Source of the DNA: Thermodesulfobacteriota bacterium | Lineage (GTDB): Bacteria; Desulfobacterota_D; UBA1144; Nemesobacterales; UBA2774 | Reading direction: 5' to 3' | Assembly: GCA_963422265.1 (NCBI GenBank) | Contig: OY729416.1 | Location: forward strand, 928,001 to 992,000 | DNA length: 64,000 nt | Part shown: one piece after another, positions 52,653 to 64,000 of the stretch | Numbering within the stretch: position 1 is the stretch's first letter | Layout: the number at the start of each line of letters is the position of its first letter | Notes under the pieces: generated by a model | What the model was told of the DNA's origin: nothing | The model's database searches: none | What the model saw: the letters and a program-made list of their open reading frames with translations, nothing else | Translations under genes and position numbers: made by a program

Positions 52653-55295
52653 ATGGAAGCATTGGCTGAATTTTTTCGGAACGCAGGGTGGGAAACTGTT
52701 CACTCTTTTGAGACTCCAGAACGTGAGGCAAAGTATAAAGACCAAGCTTCTCTTAAATTATCAGTGGCTTCAAACTCGGTACTATCACAATTTAAGGAAG
52801 GGATTTATGAACATCAATGGTTAGCAATCAATGAATTTCTCAAAGGAGTAAATATCTTTATATCAACCAGCACATCATCAGGAAAAACGTTGATATTTCA
52901 GATTTGCGGTCTTGAAATTATAAATAAAAACCCTAAAGCTAAAATTTTAGCCATTTATCCTCTAAAAGCTTTAGGCACAGAACAAGAGTCAAGATGGAGA
53001 GAAGTTATTTCAAAATCTGGGATCACCCATCAAGTCGGAAGGATTGATGGTGCGGTAGCACAATCTGAAAGAGAACAAATAATAAAAAACTCAGGCATTG
53101 TTATTATGACGCCTGATATAATACATGCTTGGCTTTTATCCAAGGTGTCAAACCCGTCGGTAATAGCTTTCCTCAAAAATGTAAAACTTCTTGTAATTGA
53201 TGAGGTTCATACATATTCGGGAGTTTTTGGGAGCAATAGCGCATTCCTTTATCGTAGGTTGCAACATCTTATATCTATCGCAGGTGGTAATTATCAGATT
53301 ATAGCAGCATCAGCAACAATCAAAAATCCATCCGAGCATCTTGAAAAACTAACGGGAGTAGGATTTAAAGTTATTGATGATAAACATGAAACTTCACCAA
53401 AGAAAAAAGTTAATACTATGCTTGTTAATGCACCGCAAACTAGTGATCTACTAACATCCCTCAATCTCTTAATGCAGTTCTTGGTAAATGAGACAAAATA
53501 TCAGTTTATAACATTCGTGGATAGTAGAAAGCAGACGGAATACATTGCTAATATGTCTTCTCGAAAGAGTGAAAAAGAGAATGAAATAGAATCCGAGGCT
53601 ATTGATCCTGATCCTGTTAAGAATTTATCTATATACCCTTATAGAGCTGGCTATGAAGAAATAGATAGAAATCAAATACAGGACAAGTTGTCCAAAGGGG
53701 ACATAAGGGGCGTCATTAGTACAAGCGCTTTAGAAATGGGCATAGACATACCATATCTTAATCTTGGCATATTAGTTGGCGTTCCTACTTCAGCTACAAG
53801 CTATTATCAGCGTATTGGGCGTATCGGCAGACATCAAGATGGTATTATCGTTATTGTAAATAATGGATCCATTCAAACTGAGTCTGTATTTAGAAAACCT
53901 GAGAGATTACAAAAAATCCCTTTATCTGAAAGCGCCTTGTATCTGGAAAACCCTCGCATTCAGTATATACACACCCTATGTCTTGCCCGTCAAGGTGGAG
54001 AAGACGAATCTTTAAGGGTAACACTTGGTTTAGATAGCGAGGATTTTATTCCAAATGCCAGTTTTCCTGAGCCATTTATAGAACTGTGTAATTCAGAAAG
54101 AATTGGCGAAATTTCAACGGAGTTTCAAACAATGAAGGCGCAGGCAGGAGAAGATCCCAATCATGTTTACCCTTTAAGAGACATAGATGTTCAATACAAA
54201 GTTGCATATAAGCGAGGACCAACAAGGCGCCCTTTAGGTTCTCTCAACTTTAACCAAGTAATGAGGGAAGCCTACCCCGGGGCAGTCTATTATTATCAAA
54301 CAGAAACATTTAGAGTTTTCCGTGTCAATAATCACGAGCGTTCAATTGAAGTCAGACCAGAAAAAAAATACATAACCAGACCAACGATGCTACCAACACT
54401 GATCTTCCCCAATCTATCGGAGGGTAACGTTATTCAATCGAAAAAATTTGGTGATTTAACCATTGTGGAATGCAACCTTCAGATTCGTGAGTCTATAGAT
54501 GGTTTTAAAGAGAAAAGAGGTCCAAATGAGTTCAACATTCAGTATCCACTGGATAAGTTGCTAGGACTGTATTTTGACATGAAGAGGTTCACTAAAAACT
54601 ATTTCACCTCTGGGATCATAGTAAATCATCCATCACTCAACCAAAATGTAAAAGGCTTATTGTTAGCAGAAATGATCTACGAAGCTTTCTTAATGGTTAT
54701 ACCGTTTGAGCGACGAGATATTAGCTACGGTTCTGATAGTCACAGAGCAGAAAGGAAAGATTTTAGCAAAGGAGACAAATTTATATCCATTTTTGATCAA
54801 ACTTACGGGAGCTTGAGGCTAACAAGTAAGTTTCTTAATTATGACGTAATAGAAAAAGTGTTTTCTTATGCTATAGAAATTGCTGAAAACGACCCTAGAT
54901 ACAATTGCTATCAGGAGGAAATAGATACTATAAAAAGTATCAGGGTAGATTTAAGTAATAATTCTGAGGAGAATCTATTTATTGCAAATGAAGATAATCT
55001 ATCAGCGGATGATAATCACGAGAAGGTTATTCTCCCAGAATCTGTTGGGTTAGATATAAAGAAAGGAAATGAAGAATTCTTTGTAGAAGGCGTATTTTAT
55101 GACCCTAAACTCGGTCTTTCATATAGAGGACGTCATCTATCTGAGACGAGCGACAAATGGACAAAATCAACAAGGAAAGCAAGCCCTCCCGTGATAATTA
55201 TTCCAGTATCTAGGTTACGCGAAGTGCCAGGGTACAGTAAAATGGGGCTTTATAATTATGGAACGGGAGTGATTGTTAAAAGTGATATTTCATAA
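52653..55295 (+). CDS. DEAD/DEAH-box SF2 helicase, YprA/MrfA-like
   Basis: TSTSSGKT, IYPLKAL, DEVH, SATIKNP, YRAGY, TSALEMGID, QRIGRIGR, EAYPGAVY. Confidence 0.85.
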   Translation: MEALAEFFRNAGWETVHSFETPEREAKYKDQASLKLSVASNSVLSQFKEGIYEHQWLAINEFLKGVNIFISTSTSSGKTLIFQICGLEIINKNPKAKILAIYPLKALGTEQESRWREVISKSGITHQVGRIDGAVAQSEREQIIKNSGIVIMTPDIIHAWLLSKVSNPSVIAFLKNVKLLVIDEVHTYSGVFGSNSAFLYRRLQHLISIAGGNYQIIAASATIKNPSEHLEKLTGVGFKVIDDKHETSPKKKVNTMLVNAPQTSDLLTSLNLLMQFLVNETKYQFITFVDSRKQTEYIANMSSRKSEKENEIESEAIDPDPVKNLSIYPYRAGYEEIDRNQIQDKLSKGDIRGVISTSALEMGIDIPYLNLGILVGVPTSATSYYQRIGRIGRHQDGIIVIVNNGSIQTESVFRKPERLQKIPLSESALYLENPRIQYIHTLCLARQGGEDESLRVTLGLDSEDFIPNASFPEPFIELCNSERIGEISTEFQTMKAQAGEDPNHVYPLRDIDVQYKVAYKRGPTRRPLGSLNFNQVMREAYPGAVYYYQTETFRVFRVNNHERSIEVRPEKKYITRPTMLPTLIFPNLSEGNVIQSKKFGDLTIVECNLQIRESIDGFKEKRGPNEFNIQYPLDKLLGLYFDMKRFTKNYFTSGIIVNHPSLNQNVKGLLLAEMIYEAFLMVIPFERRDISYGSDSHRAERKDFSKGDKFISIFDQTYGSLRLTSKFLNYDVIEKVFSYAIEIAENDPRYNCYQEEIDTIKSIRVDLSNNSEENLFIANEDNLSADDNHEKVILPESVGLDIKKGNEEFFVEGVFYDPKLGLSYRGRHLSETSDKWTKSTRKASPPVIIIPVSRLREVPGYSKMGLYNYGTGVIVKSDIS

Positions 55296-55342
55296 CAATA
55301 TAGTGCAGCGTTCAGAGAAGAATCTTAGGTGAACACTGAGTT

Positions 55343-55509
55343 GCTCAAGCATGTCTCGTATCTCTCCCGAATGCTTCGCATCATCCGTATCGGTCTGCCT
55401 TCCTTTAGTTTCAAGCACAAGAAAGTCACCACTTACCAGTCGGACGAGAAAATCCGAGCGGTATCTTCCGACCGTACCATTGTAAACGTAAAGAACGTCA
55501 AAACCTAGA
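55343..55509 (-). pseudogene. Degenerate copy of the 3' end of the type III res gene
   Basis: Aligns to 60652-60896 with a 78-bp deletion; translates LGFDVLYVYNGTVGRYRSDFLVRLVSGDFLVLETKGRQTDTDDAKH|SGEIRDMLE. Confidence 0.85.
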
Positions 55510-55717
55510 CATTGGATAGAGTCGTTGATGCCGCTTTGGTGCGTATTGGTGGTCATGGGCTTGACAATAAAGTTGAGCTAAGGATTTTGAAGCCTATCCC
55601 TACGAAAGTCACTTGAGGTAAAAACTGAAGGAGTCGTTTAATGTGTCGATCCATGCAGAAGTAATAAACGGGGGTGAATAACAACTCCTGTTATAATCAG
55701 GATAGGTCACTGCTGGG

Positions 55718-58005
55718 CTACTCGGGGACATGAATATTGAACTCCGCCTTCCATAGCTGCCCTTCGGCGGTGTATTGGCCGGTTGTCACCCGGGCGATCA
55801 GATAGTCCGGCAACCCGCGCACCGCCACACAGCGACCATCGTCCACAAATCCATAGTGGTCAAAGTAGAAGTCCATGTTGTCGAAATCGTATCTCCTGCG
55901 AAATTTGGGAAGATCCCCTTGATCCACTGGGAAGACGTGCAGGAAGAAGGGTCGCACGGTGTCTGTCTCTGTGCACTGTTCCTTCACATACACCAATCGT
56001 CCCTCGTCAGCATATACATCGAAGCCAGATCGGATAATCGGCTCGCCGGTCATGAGTTTCTCATACGACGAACGGAGCTCGGCTACCTCTAACAAGAAAC
56101 TTGCCTCCCATATCGTTTTCGATACCCCGCTTTTGTGGATGTACTGGCCGGTGCTGATTTGGGCAATAGGGTAGTCGGGAAGGTCGCGCGCCACGACGCA
56201 GACGGCTACCCCTTCTCTTTCTCCGCGATCCATCCGCCGCAAGAAATTGAAGTCCAGGTTGTCAAAACCGAATTGCTTGCGGTCGCTGGAAAGGTCACCC
56301 AGATTAACCGGGTGCAGGTGCAGGAAAATATTTGGAGCTGTGTTATCATTGCCGCACTCTTCTGTGACATAGATCAATTTATCCTCATCATAATAGACCT
56401 CGAATCTTTGCTGGACAATTGGATCGCCAATATCCTGAGATCGGGCTATAAGCGACTCGGCATCGTAGTCGCGATCCACCCAAAGATTCGTCGGCGGGTT
56501 GTGCAGATGCAGCGCGATCGCGAAGGCAAGCAGAGCAATACCGGCCGCGTAGCGCCAGTTGATGCTTTGCCTGAGACGGCTAAGCCACGGGTGTCTGTCC
56601 GCGGCGCTGGAGACCCATTGCGGGATTTGGCTGTACGTAATCGCAAGGATGAAGCACGACCAGCAAAAGGCTAAGGGCACGAACATGAATCGCGCAGTAC
56701 GGAAAGGATGGTTTGTAGGCAGTACAAAGTGGACGCAGGCCAGCAGCATAACGCCGACGAGCCACAGAATATTCCAGACAAGCTCAGGCCGCCCGCGCCG
56801 GGAGCGAAAGCTGGCGAATAATACCGCCCCGAGCAAAGCCAGCGCGGAAAGGATGGTTATAGCAATTCCCACAACCGGGCTGATTGACAACAGTTCCCAG
56901 AAAGTACCTATGTCGCGACCAGATGCATCTGTGGCCTCCGGGGAGATTACCCTGCCTAAATGGTAAGATGATTGGGCAAAGAAACTCTCTGCTACACCCT
57001 TGCCCGGATGAGCAGGTTTGCCGGCAATATCCTCGTCATAATGGTAGTAGATCCCGTCGGCGGCAGCTTGTTCATGAACGATTAGTTTGACAACCTGACC
57101 TGACATAAAGCAAAGAACAAACCCGATGATGTAAAGCGCCATGTAGCCACCTACCCGCCAGGCCCGGTTGATCACGTTCAGACCTTCGTGTCCCAACCAG
57201 CCAATCAGTCCAATCAGGGTAATGGACAGGAAGTTGTGGCCGTCGAACATCCACAGATAGGACGACACCATGCCAGCAACGAAGCAAAACAGCGGCACCG
57301 CCCGCGCGCCACCCCGCCACCTCAGCAGCAAAGCCAGAATGGCCGCCGCTAGCACTGCCCACATATGGGGGAGTCCATTCTCCACACCCGAAAAATACCG
57401 GATGCCGGAGAAGAAAGACCCGAACACAATCAGAGGAGAAGCAACCAGCAACGCCCGCCATCCCAACGGCAGCAAAGCACCGGCGAGCAGCAGATAAGCG
57501 CCATAGGTGGCAAACTGGATGAAGTGAAAGCAATCAACAACAGACACCCAGCGCAGCGCAATAGCGAAGAGCGCCTTGCTGCCCCACCAGTACCGAGGCT
57601 TCAGCCTGGCGGTGTCTGTCACCGTCCCAAAGGACGTGCCCCTTAGTTCAACGCAATAGTCACCACTGGGTACGAATTCTCTTCTGAATGTCAGCGGCAG
57701 CACGGCATCCACCAAAGACCGTTTTTCGCCGGCGACTTCTTCCCCCAACGCACCCGCTATCACCGACAACGACGCTTGACAGTATGCCCACGAAGATGAA
57801 TAGCCCGAGGCGTATCCTACGTAGCTCTCCAGCAGGCTGGCCGCGATGTCGTCGGAGAATCTTTGCTTCGCCTGCCCGTAAGGAAGCTGATTGCCGAGAT
57901 GATGCAGAAAGAAAAAGAAAGCTGTGCCTAGTATGAGGACTTTAGCGTATATCCCAAGAGAGCGACACGTCGAATCCAGGGACTTACCGTCAAGCCGTGG
58001 CAGCG

Positions 58006-58009
<4 letters not shown>
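55718..58009 (-). CDS. Polytopic membrane protein with a duplicated C-terminal soluble domain; putative GT-C-like glycosyltransferase
   Basis: Many TM segments, YWWG motif, two copies of F(E/D)VY...L(I/V)YV.E.C...FLH..PV...DL...FDN(L/M)DF...C..(V/A)R.LPDY.IA...TGQY; GTGA overlap with the upstream GT2. Confidence 0.7.
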
Positions 58010-59283
<1,274 letters not shown>

Positions 59284-59366
59284 TACTCCTTTTTATACTT
59301 GTATACGGTTTTACATTTATATGATTGTGAATAATTTATCGTTACTAAATTCAGAGTTATTATAAT

Positions 59367-59657
59367 CTAAAAACTGAAGTCATCGTGAGGTTTGTAAAGA
59401 TATGTGCCACCAAGAGAGATCGGAGATATGGTAAACCAGTCAGGATGCCCGCTAATATAAGATTCTACCTCCTCATAAGATAATTGGGAATCTCGTCCAA
59501 TGCCACCTATGGAACACCACTCATCCCCATCTTCCCCAAACGCGAGGAGAATTTTTTTGCCAATGCCGTCGCTGAAAGGGCTGCTCACCATATCCAACCT
59601 CTTTATAAACTTATCTTGTTTCTTACTTTTTGAAACAATCTTCTCTAATGTTTTCAC
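59367..59657 (-). CDS. Hypothetical protein
   Basis: 96-aa ORF in island, no recognised motif. Confidence 0.45.
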   Translation of the reverse strand: MKTLEKIVSKSKKQDKFIKRLDMVSSPFSDGIGKKILLAFGEDGDEWCSIGGIGRDSQLSYEEVESYISGHPDWFTISPISLGGTYLYKPHDDFSF

Positions 59658-59829
59658 TTAAGATATCCACATATTTTATCCTCAAAACCTTTCCCCTTCA
59701 ATTTTTTCTTCACAGTATAAGGACGAGCAACCTTGGGAACAGTATTATGAAGCTCGAACGATACGCCTCCTCCGGAATTCGGATTTAGACTTGAAACGGA
59801 ACAGAAATGGTTTTAAGATTTAGATTGAG

Positions 59830-60474
59830 ATGATACTTTCTACCCTGCTCACTGTTCATATCGTAGCGGGATCCGTGTCGCTGCTGATGGCATTGGCTGC
59901 CTTGATCGCAACCAAAGGAAAACGTATCCACATCATATCCGGACGAATTTATGCATCGGCGATGACTTTGGTATTTTTTACGTCCCTGCCTCTATCCATA
60001 TATGAAGGCAACGTGTTTCTGTTGCTGATTGCTTTGTTCAGCTTTTATCTGGTTTTTGCTGGATGGCGTTTTGCTCGCAACCGCCGGGGACATCCTCATT
60101 GGGTGGACTGGACAGCTATGTTCCTTATGGGGTTTACTGGATTGGGGATGTGGATTTACAGCATAATTATGTTGACTCGCGGAGAGGATCAATGGGTAAC
60201 GATGCTTGTGTTTGGGTGTATCAGTATGGGGCTGACTCTTGCAGACGGCAGGTTTTATCTGCGTTCGGCAAAGGGACGCAGCCCTGTGCAGTGGCAACGC
60301 ATCCAGCGGCATCTGACTGGCATGATGGCTGGAACTATCGCTACGGTTACAGCCGTGATGGTGGTTAACGTCGATCTTGGTCCCGTGTGGCTGCCGTGGC
60401 TGTTGTCTACTATAGTTATCTCACCGCTGATAGTATGGTGGAACGTGCGTATTGCGCTGAAAGCTCGCCGTTAG
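59830..60474 (+). CDS. DUF2306-like membrane protein
   Basis: About six TM segments with HIVAG...KGKRIHIISGRIY and HLTGM. Confidence 0.65.
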   Translation: MILSTLLTVHIVAGSVSLLMALAALIATKGKRIHIISGRIYASAMTLVFFTSLPLSIYEGNVFLLLIALFSFYLVFAGWRFARNRRGHPHWVDWTAMFLMGFTGLGMWIYSIIMLTRGEDQWVTMLVFGCISMGLTLADGRFYLRSAKGRSPVQWQRIQRHLTGMMAGTIATVTAVMVVNVDLGPVWLPWLLSTIVISPLIVWWNVRIALKARR

Positions 60475-60640
60475 CTTTGAGGAACTCAGGATAATCCAAC
60501 CTACACCACGTCGCATTGTCGTAACTACCCTGAAAAAACGTTCAAGGAGAAAACAGATCTGCCATATAAACACAATGAAAAAGCTTGTCCGTAAACTGAG
60601 GAGTCGACGTCCTTACATGCCTGCAATCTAACAAGAGAGA

Positions 60641-63418
60641 TTATATTAACCGCTCAAGCACGTCCCTTATCTCTCCTGGATGCCTTACCACGTCGAACCT
60701 CCACTGTCCAAAACCGCCGTGAGCACTTACGGCTTTGACCCACTCTTTCATATATTCATGCTTTGCATCGTCCGCGTTGGTCTGCTGCCCTTTTGTTTCA
60801 AGCACAAGAAAGTCGCCATTTGCCAGTCGGATGAGAAAATCGGGACGGTATCTTCTGACCACGCCATTGTAAATATAAAGAACGTCAAAACCTAGATGAT
60901 CGTTTTTGACCCATGCAGCAACCGCTTCATTGTTATCTAGCTGAAAAGAGTCGGAAGATTCCCACGGGCTGTCAAATACGCAATAGTTGATATGGCTTTT
61001 TTTCGTCCATTCGCAAGGTTTTCCCGTTCCCCAAGGACGCATATCGCCAGTAGATCTAATAGGGTGGCCAGTATCAAAAATAATTTCCATTTTCTCAGTG
61101 TTGTTAAACTCTATAGCACGCCAAAAATGATTGATAACTTTCGACATGTTTAACTTTATTACAAGCTGTCTCCTCCTTTTATCTCTATTGAAAAGCTCAG
61201 GAGATATTTGAATTCTATCTGAATCTATATACTGCTCTGTGAGGCGTACAAGTTCCGCCATCAGCACGGACGGAGAAGCCTGCCAAGTAGGTTTCATCTT
61301 TTGCCAGATGGATTGAGCCGCTTTGAAAATAGCCGTCTGTTTGCGCAGCCTCTTCATCAACTCTTCAACGTCTATGTCCTTGATTTTGGAAACGTCTGGA
61401 TTATTATCAATTGTTGGAGCAATTTCTACTATTTGCACAGTTTTTGAGGCATTAAGTTCTAACGACCTGACCTTACTCCAATCGACGGAAAGCTCCGGCT
61501 TGTATGTCCTATCTATTCTTATGACGTTGGGCCATTTGATGAAGAATTCTTTTTTCTCTTCAAAGGGTTTGACAACTATTTTAGGCGACGGAGGTGGTGC
61601 ATCTACACCGCCCTCCTCGTGAGGAAGAAAACTGAACGGCACGCCGAATACGTTGACGTATTCCGCATCAAATAGTCCAGTATTTTCGTTAATTTCATAA
61701 GAGGCGCGTCTGAGACCGCGCCCGACTACCTGTTCACAGAGAAGTTGACTTGTGAAGGCACGCAATCCCATGATTTGTGTAACCGTTCGCGCGTCCCAAC
61801 CTTCGGACAACATCCCAACGGAGATAACGTTCTGTATCTTTTCTCCCAGCTCACCGAGTTGTCCAACCGTATTGACTTGCTTTCTGAGTATCTCGGACTG
61901 CTCTTTCTGCGTAATTTTTTGTCCTTTGGTCCCTTCACTATCCGCTGACTTCACCGCTTGTTGTAGCTCCGGTTCATTTTGCTCAGCCTGTTTCAATACT
62001 TTTGAGTCTATGTGCAAAATGCCTTCGGGGGCGCACAGCGAGTCAACCATTATGTCCTTGTTGTCAAACGCGTGCTTGATCCTAGCCGCCGTTTCAGTGC
62101 GGTTGGCAACCGTAATTATCACTGGAGGGGTTTCACGCCCGTCCCAATTCTCTTTTGTTCTTTGCCAGTCCGAACCCAACAAAGCGTAGGCGTTTATTAC
62201 AAGATCGGGTAACGGCTCGTGAGTTTCCGCCCTGCGGTTTAGATCGTCTTTGACTTCGGGGTCGTTGTAAATGTGGTAGAGGCGGGATTTATAGGTTGTG
62301 GCGTCCGGCGCGGCGTCATCGCGCACAACGATGCGCGGCGTTTTGACGAGACCTGATTCAATGGCGTCATTTAGTCCAAAGTCGCTGACGGTCCATCCAA
62401 ACAACGCTTCTTCTGACGTTTTCCTTCCACTCGGCACAAAAGGGGTGGCGGAAAAATCAAAACAGTTCAAAATCCCCCGCGTTTTATGTATGCGGTCAAG
62501 CCCGCCAATCCACTTCGTAGCTTCTTCTATTTCCTCTTTTTTAACGCCTTTTATCTTTGACCCGGCGGGAACGCGCCAAGCATGATGCGCCTCGTCATTG
62601 ATAACAACCAGCTTATGGGAGGTTGCCATATCCCCTAACACTTCACGGACATATGCTTCATCACTTTTTGCACCTCGTTTATCAACACCTTTCTTCTTTC
62701 TTATTCTTTCCTCAGTTTCCCAATTTAGGATGTGCCAGTTTCGTATAAGAATCTTTGCCTGTAAGAGCTTCTCTCTCAAAGACAGCGGGACAACGCCAAA
62801 TTCGTCGTAGTAGCTTGTTTTTGAAGGGATAAGGACGGAAAGGCGTTCCCTGACCGTGAGATTGGGGGCTACAATAAAAATATTCTGAGAAAAACGCCCG
62901 TCCCTTGGGTAGGTTGCGCGGTTAATTGCCTGCCACACAATCAGCATCGCCATAACAACGGTTTTCCCTGTTCCAGTGGCGAGTTTGCAGCACAAGCGGC
63001 GAAACTCTCCTCCGTCAGTTGGAATATCCATACCCGCCTTTTCGGAATCAGGAGATTCAATAAGCCATATCAGCGTTTCAATCGCCTCTATCTGGCAGAA
63101 GAAAAACGGATAACCCCTCTGCTCGTTATCTTTCCAGTGTTCAAGCAGTGTTTTTGTAATGCCGGTAATTCCCGGGTAGCCCGCGTCGCGCCAAGCGTCA
63201 ACGCGCTGGCGTATTTGATTTACAAGCGGCAGTTCAACAAAGACTCCCCAATCCTGATAGGGATTCACCGTAGGATCGGCAATCATATACCCAGCCTTGC
63301 GACGCCCTTGTTTAAGCTCAAGAGGCCTTCCTTCCTCAACAAATTGCCAGTGTTTGGAAGGTTCAGTATATGGGGAGTTGATGATGAGGGTGGAATGGTG
63401 GTAGTTGTCTTTCTTCAT
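60641..63418 (-). CDS. res: Type III restriction enzyme Res subunit (helicase plus PD-(D/E)xK nuclease)
   Basis: KLATGTGKT, NDEAHH, FSATP, MLSEGWD, EQVVGRGLRR, C-terminal YRPDF...LETKG. Confidence 0.9.
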   Translation of the reverse strand: MKKDNYHHSTLIINSPYTEPSKHWQFVEEGRPLELKQGRRKAGYMIADPTVNPYQDWGVFVELPLVNQIRQRVDAWRDAGYPGITGITKTLLEHWKDNEQRGYPFFFCQIEAIETLIWLIESPDSEKAGMDIPTDGGEFRRLCCKLATGTGKTVVMAMLIVWQAINRATYPRDGRFSQNIFIVAPNLTVRERLSVLIPSKTSYYDEFGVVPLSLREKLLQAKILIRNWHILNWETEERIRKKKGVDKRGAKSDEAYVREVLGDMATSHKLVVINDEAHHAWRVPAGSKIKGVKKEEIEEATKWIGGLDRIHKTRGILNCFDFSATPFVPSGRKTSEEALFGWTVSDFGLNDAIESGLVKTPRIVVRDDAAPDATTYKSRLYHIYNDPEVKDDLNRRAETHEPLPDLVINAYALLGSDWQRTKENWDGRETPPVIITVANRTETAARIKHAFDNKDIMVDSLCAPEGILHIDSKVLKQAEQNEPELQQAVKSADSEGTKGQKITQKEQSEILRKQVNTVGQLGELGEKIQNVISVGMLSEGWDARTVTQIMGLRAFTSQLLCEQVVGRGLRRASYEINENTGLFDAEYVNVFGVPFSFLPHEEGGVDAPPPSPKIVVKPFEEKKEFFIKWPNVIRIDRTYKPELSVDWSKVRSLELNASKTVQIVEIAPTIDNNPDVSKIKDIDVEELMKRLRKQTAIFKAAQSIWQKMKPTWQASPSVLMAELVRLTEQYIDSDRIQISPELFNRDKRRRQLVIKLNMSKVINHFWRAIEFNNTEKMEIIFDTGHPIRSTGDMRPWGTGKPCEWTKKSHINYCVFDSPWESSDSFQLDNNEAVAAWVKNDHLGFDVLYIYNGVVRRYRPDFLIRLANGDFLVLETKGQQTNADDAKHEYMKEWVKAVSAHGGFGQWRFDVVRHPGEIRDVLERLI

Positions 63419-63424
63419 CAGAAT

Positions 63425-63898
63425 TTACGCTCGGCCTTTTACTTCACTCCACGACAACGACTTATCACATTTAACGTGTGTAATTCTCGCTTTTTTGCCA
63501 TTATAACGTATTTTAATCTTCTGAAATTCCCTGCTGGACTTTCCGTGTCCGAGACTTTGAGAGACTAATACCGGATAACACATAAATTGTTTGTTGTGGT
63601 GCTTCTTAAAAAAGTCAATCCCCCCATTCAACTGTTTTTTCACTTCACTCGGCTTCACCCACTTACTTTTAAACTCTACAGGAAGAAGAAATATAGAAGC
63701 GCCCTCCTTAACTACAATTATGTAGTCGCACCTCTTACTTTTAATTTGAGCTAGTTCTTGTTCGGTAACGCGATCAATATCCAGAATAACCTTTTCGCTT
63801 GGAAAGGCATCCAGATTGAGCTTGCATTCCTGTTTTTTGCAAGAGTTGCAGGTGCATTCACCAAATTTGTTTTTCAGGTAGGAGACAATGGAACTCAT
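63425..63898 (-). CDS. Hypothetical protein with a possible PD-(D/E)xK-like motif
   Basis: RCDYII...VEFKS; Cys cluster at the N-terminus; ATGA-coupled to the upstream partial gene. Confidence 0.6.
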   Translation of the reverse strand: MSSIVSYLKNKFGECTCNSCKKQECKLNLDAFPSEKVILDIDRVTEQELAQIKSKRCDYIIVVKEGASIFLLPVEFKSKWVKPSEVKKQLNGGIDFFKKHHNKQFMCYPVLVSQSLGHGKSSREFQKIKIRYNGKKARITHVKCDKSLSWSEVKGRA

Positions 63899-64000
63899 CC
63901 TTGATGTTCTATATTATCAAGTTTCTCCAAAATCCCTATGCTTTCGTTGTATAAATCTGAAGAGACCTCGTCGTGGTCCTCAGAGAATAGACCGTTTTCC
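63895..64000 (-). CDS. C-terminus of a gene running in from outside the window (possibly an AAA/ABC-type ATPase)
   Basis: Translates ...ENGLFSEDHDEVSSDLYNESIGILEKLDNIEHQG*; its TGA overlaps the next ATG. The family guess is weak. Confidence 0.5.
   Translation of the reverse strand, partial: ENGLFSEDHDEVSSDLYNESIGILEKLDNIEHQG

Overview
Bacterial chromosomal window from a diderm organism. Gene order and protein style suggest a deltaproteobacteria-like lineage such as Dadabacteria/Desulfobacterota, possibly a host or sponge symbiont; this is inference only. The backbone is housekeeping genes: lolD, lolC/E, lysS, pyrR-pyrB-pyrC, lepB, rel, gmk, manC, malic enzyme, rpiB, asd, dapA, rnhB, cyclophilin, tatA, a TamA-like protein and degP. 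It also carries arsenosugar-type genes and a copper oxidase/TonB receptor cluster. Three accessory segments interrupt the backbone: (1) a broken GLUG/Ig-like secreted protein gene (~19.9-22.2 kb); (2) a giant FN3 + 9x Ig-repeat autotransporter-like adhesin gene (~29.0-35.9 kb); (3) a defence/glycosylation island (~52-64 kb) with a YprA-like helicase, a glycosyltransferase pair and a type III restriction subunit. The main unexplained pattern is that all three accessory surface-related genes begin with an AT-rich leader that runs into a very long poly-C tract on the coding strand (C23; C21 plus a second C12; C35). As assembled, these tracts leave two genes out of frame and one in frame, which looks like a genome-wide homopolymer phase-variation system, including a two-tract switch. 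Tract lengths need read-level confirmation. No tRNA, rRNA, CRISPR array, transposase, integrase or reverse transcriptase was recognised.
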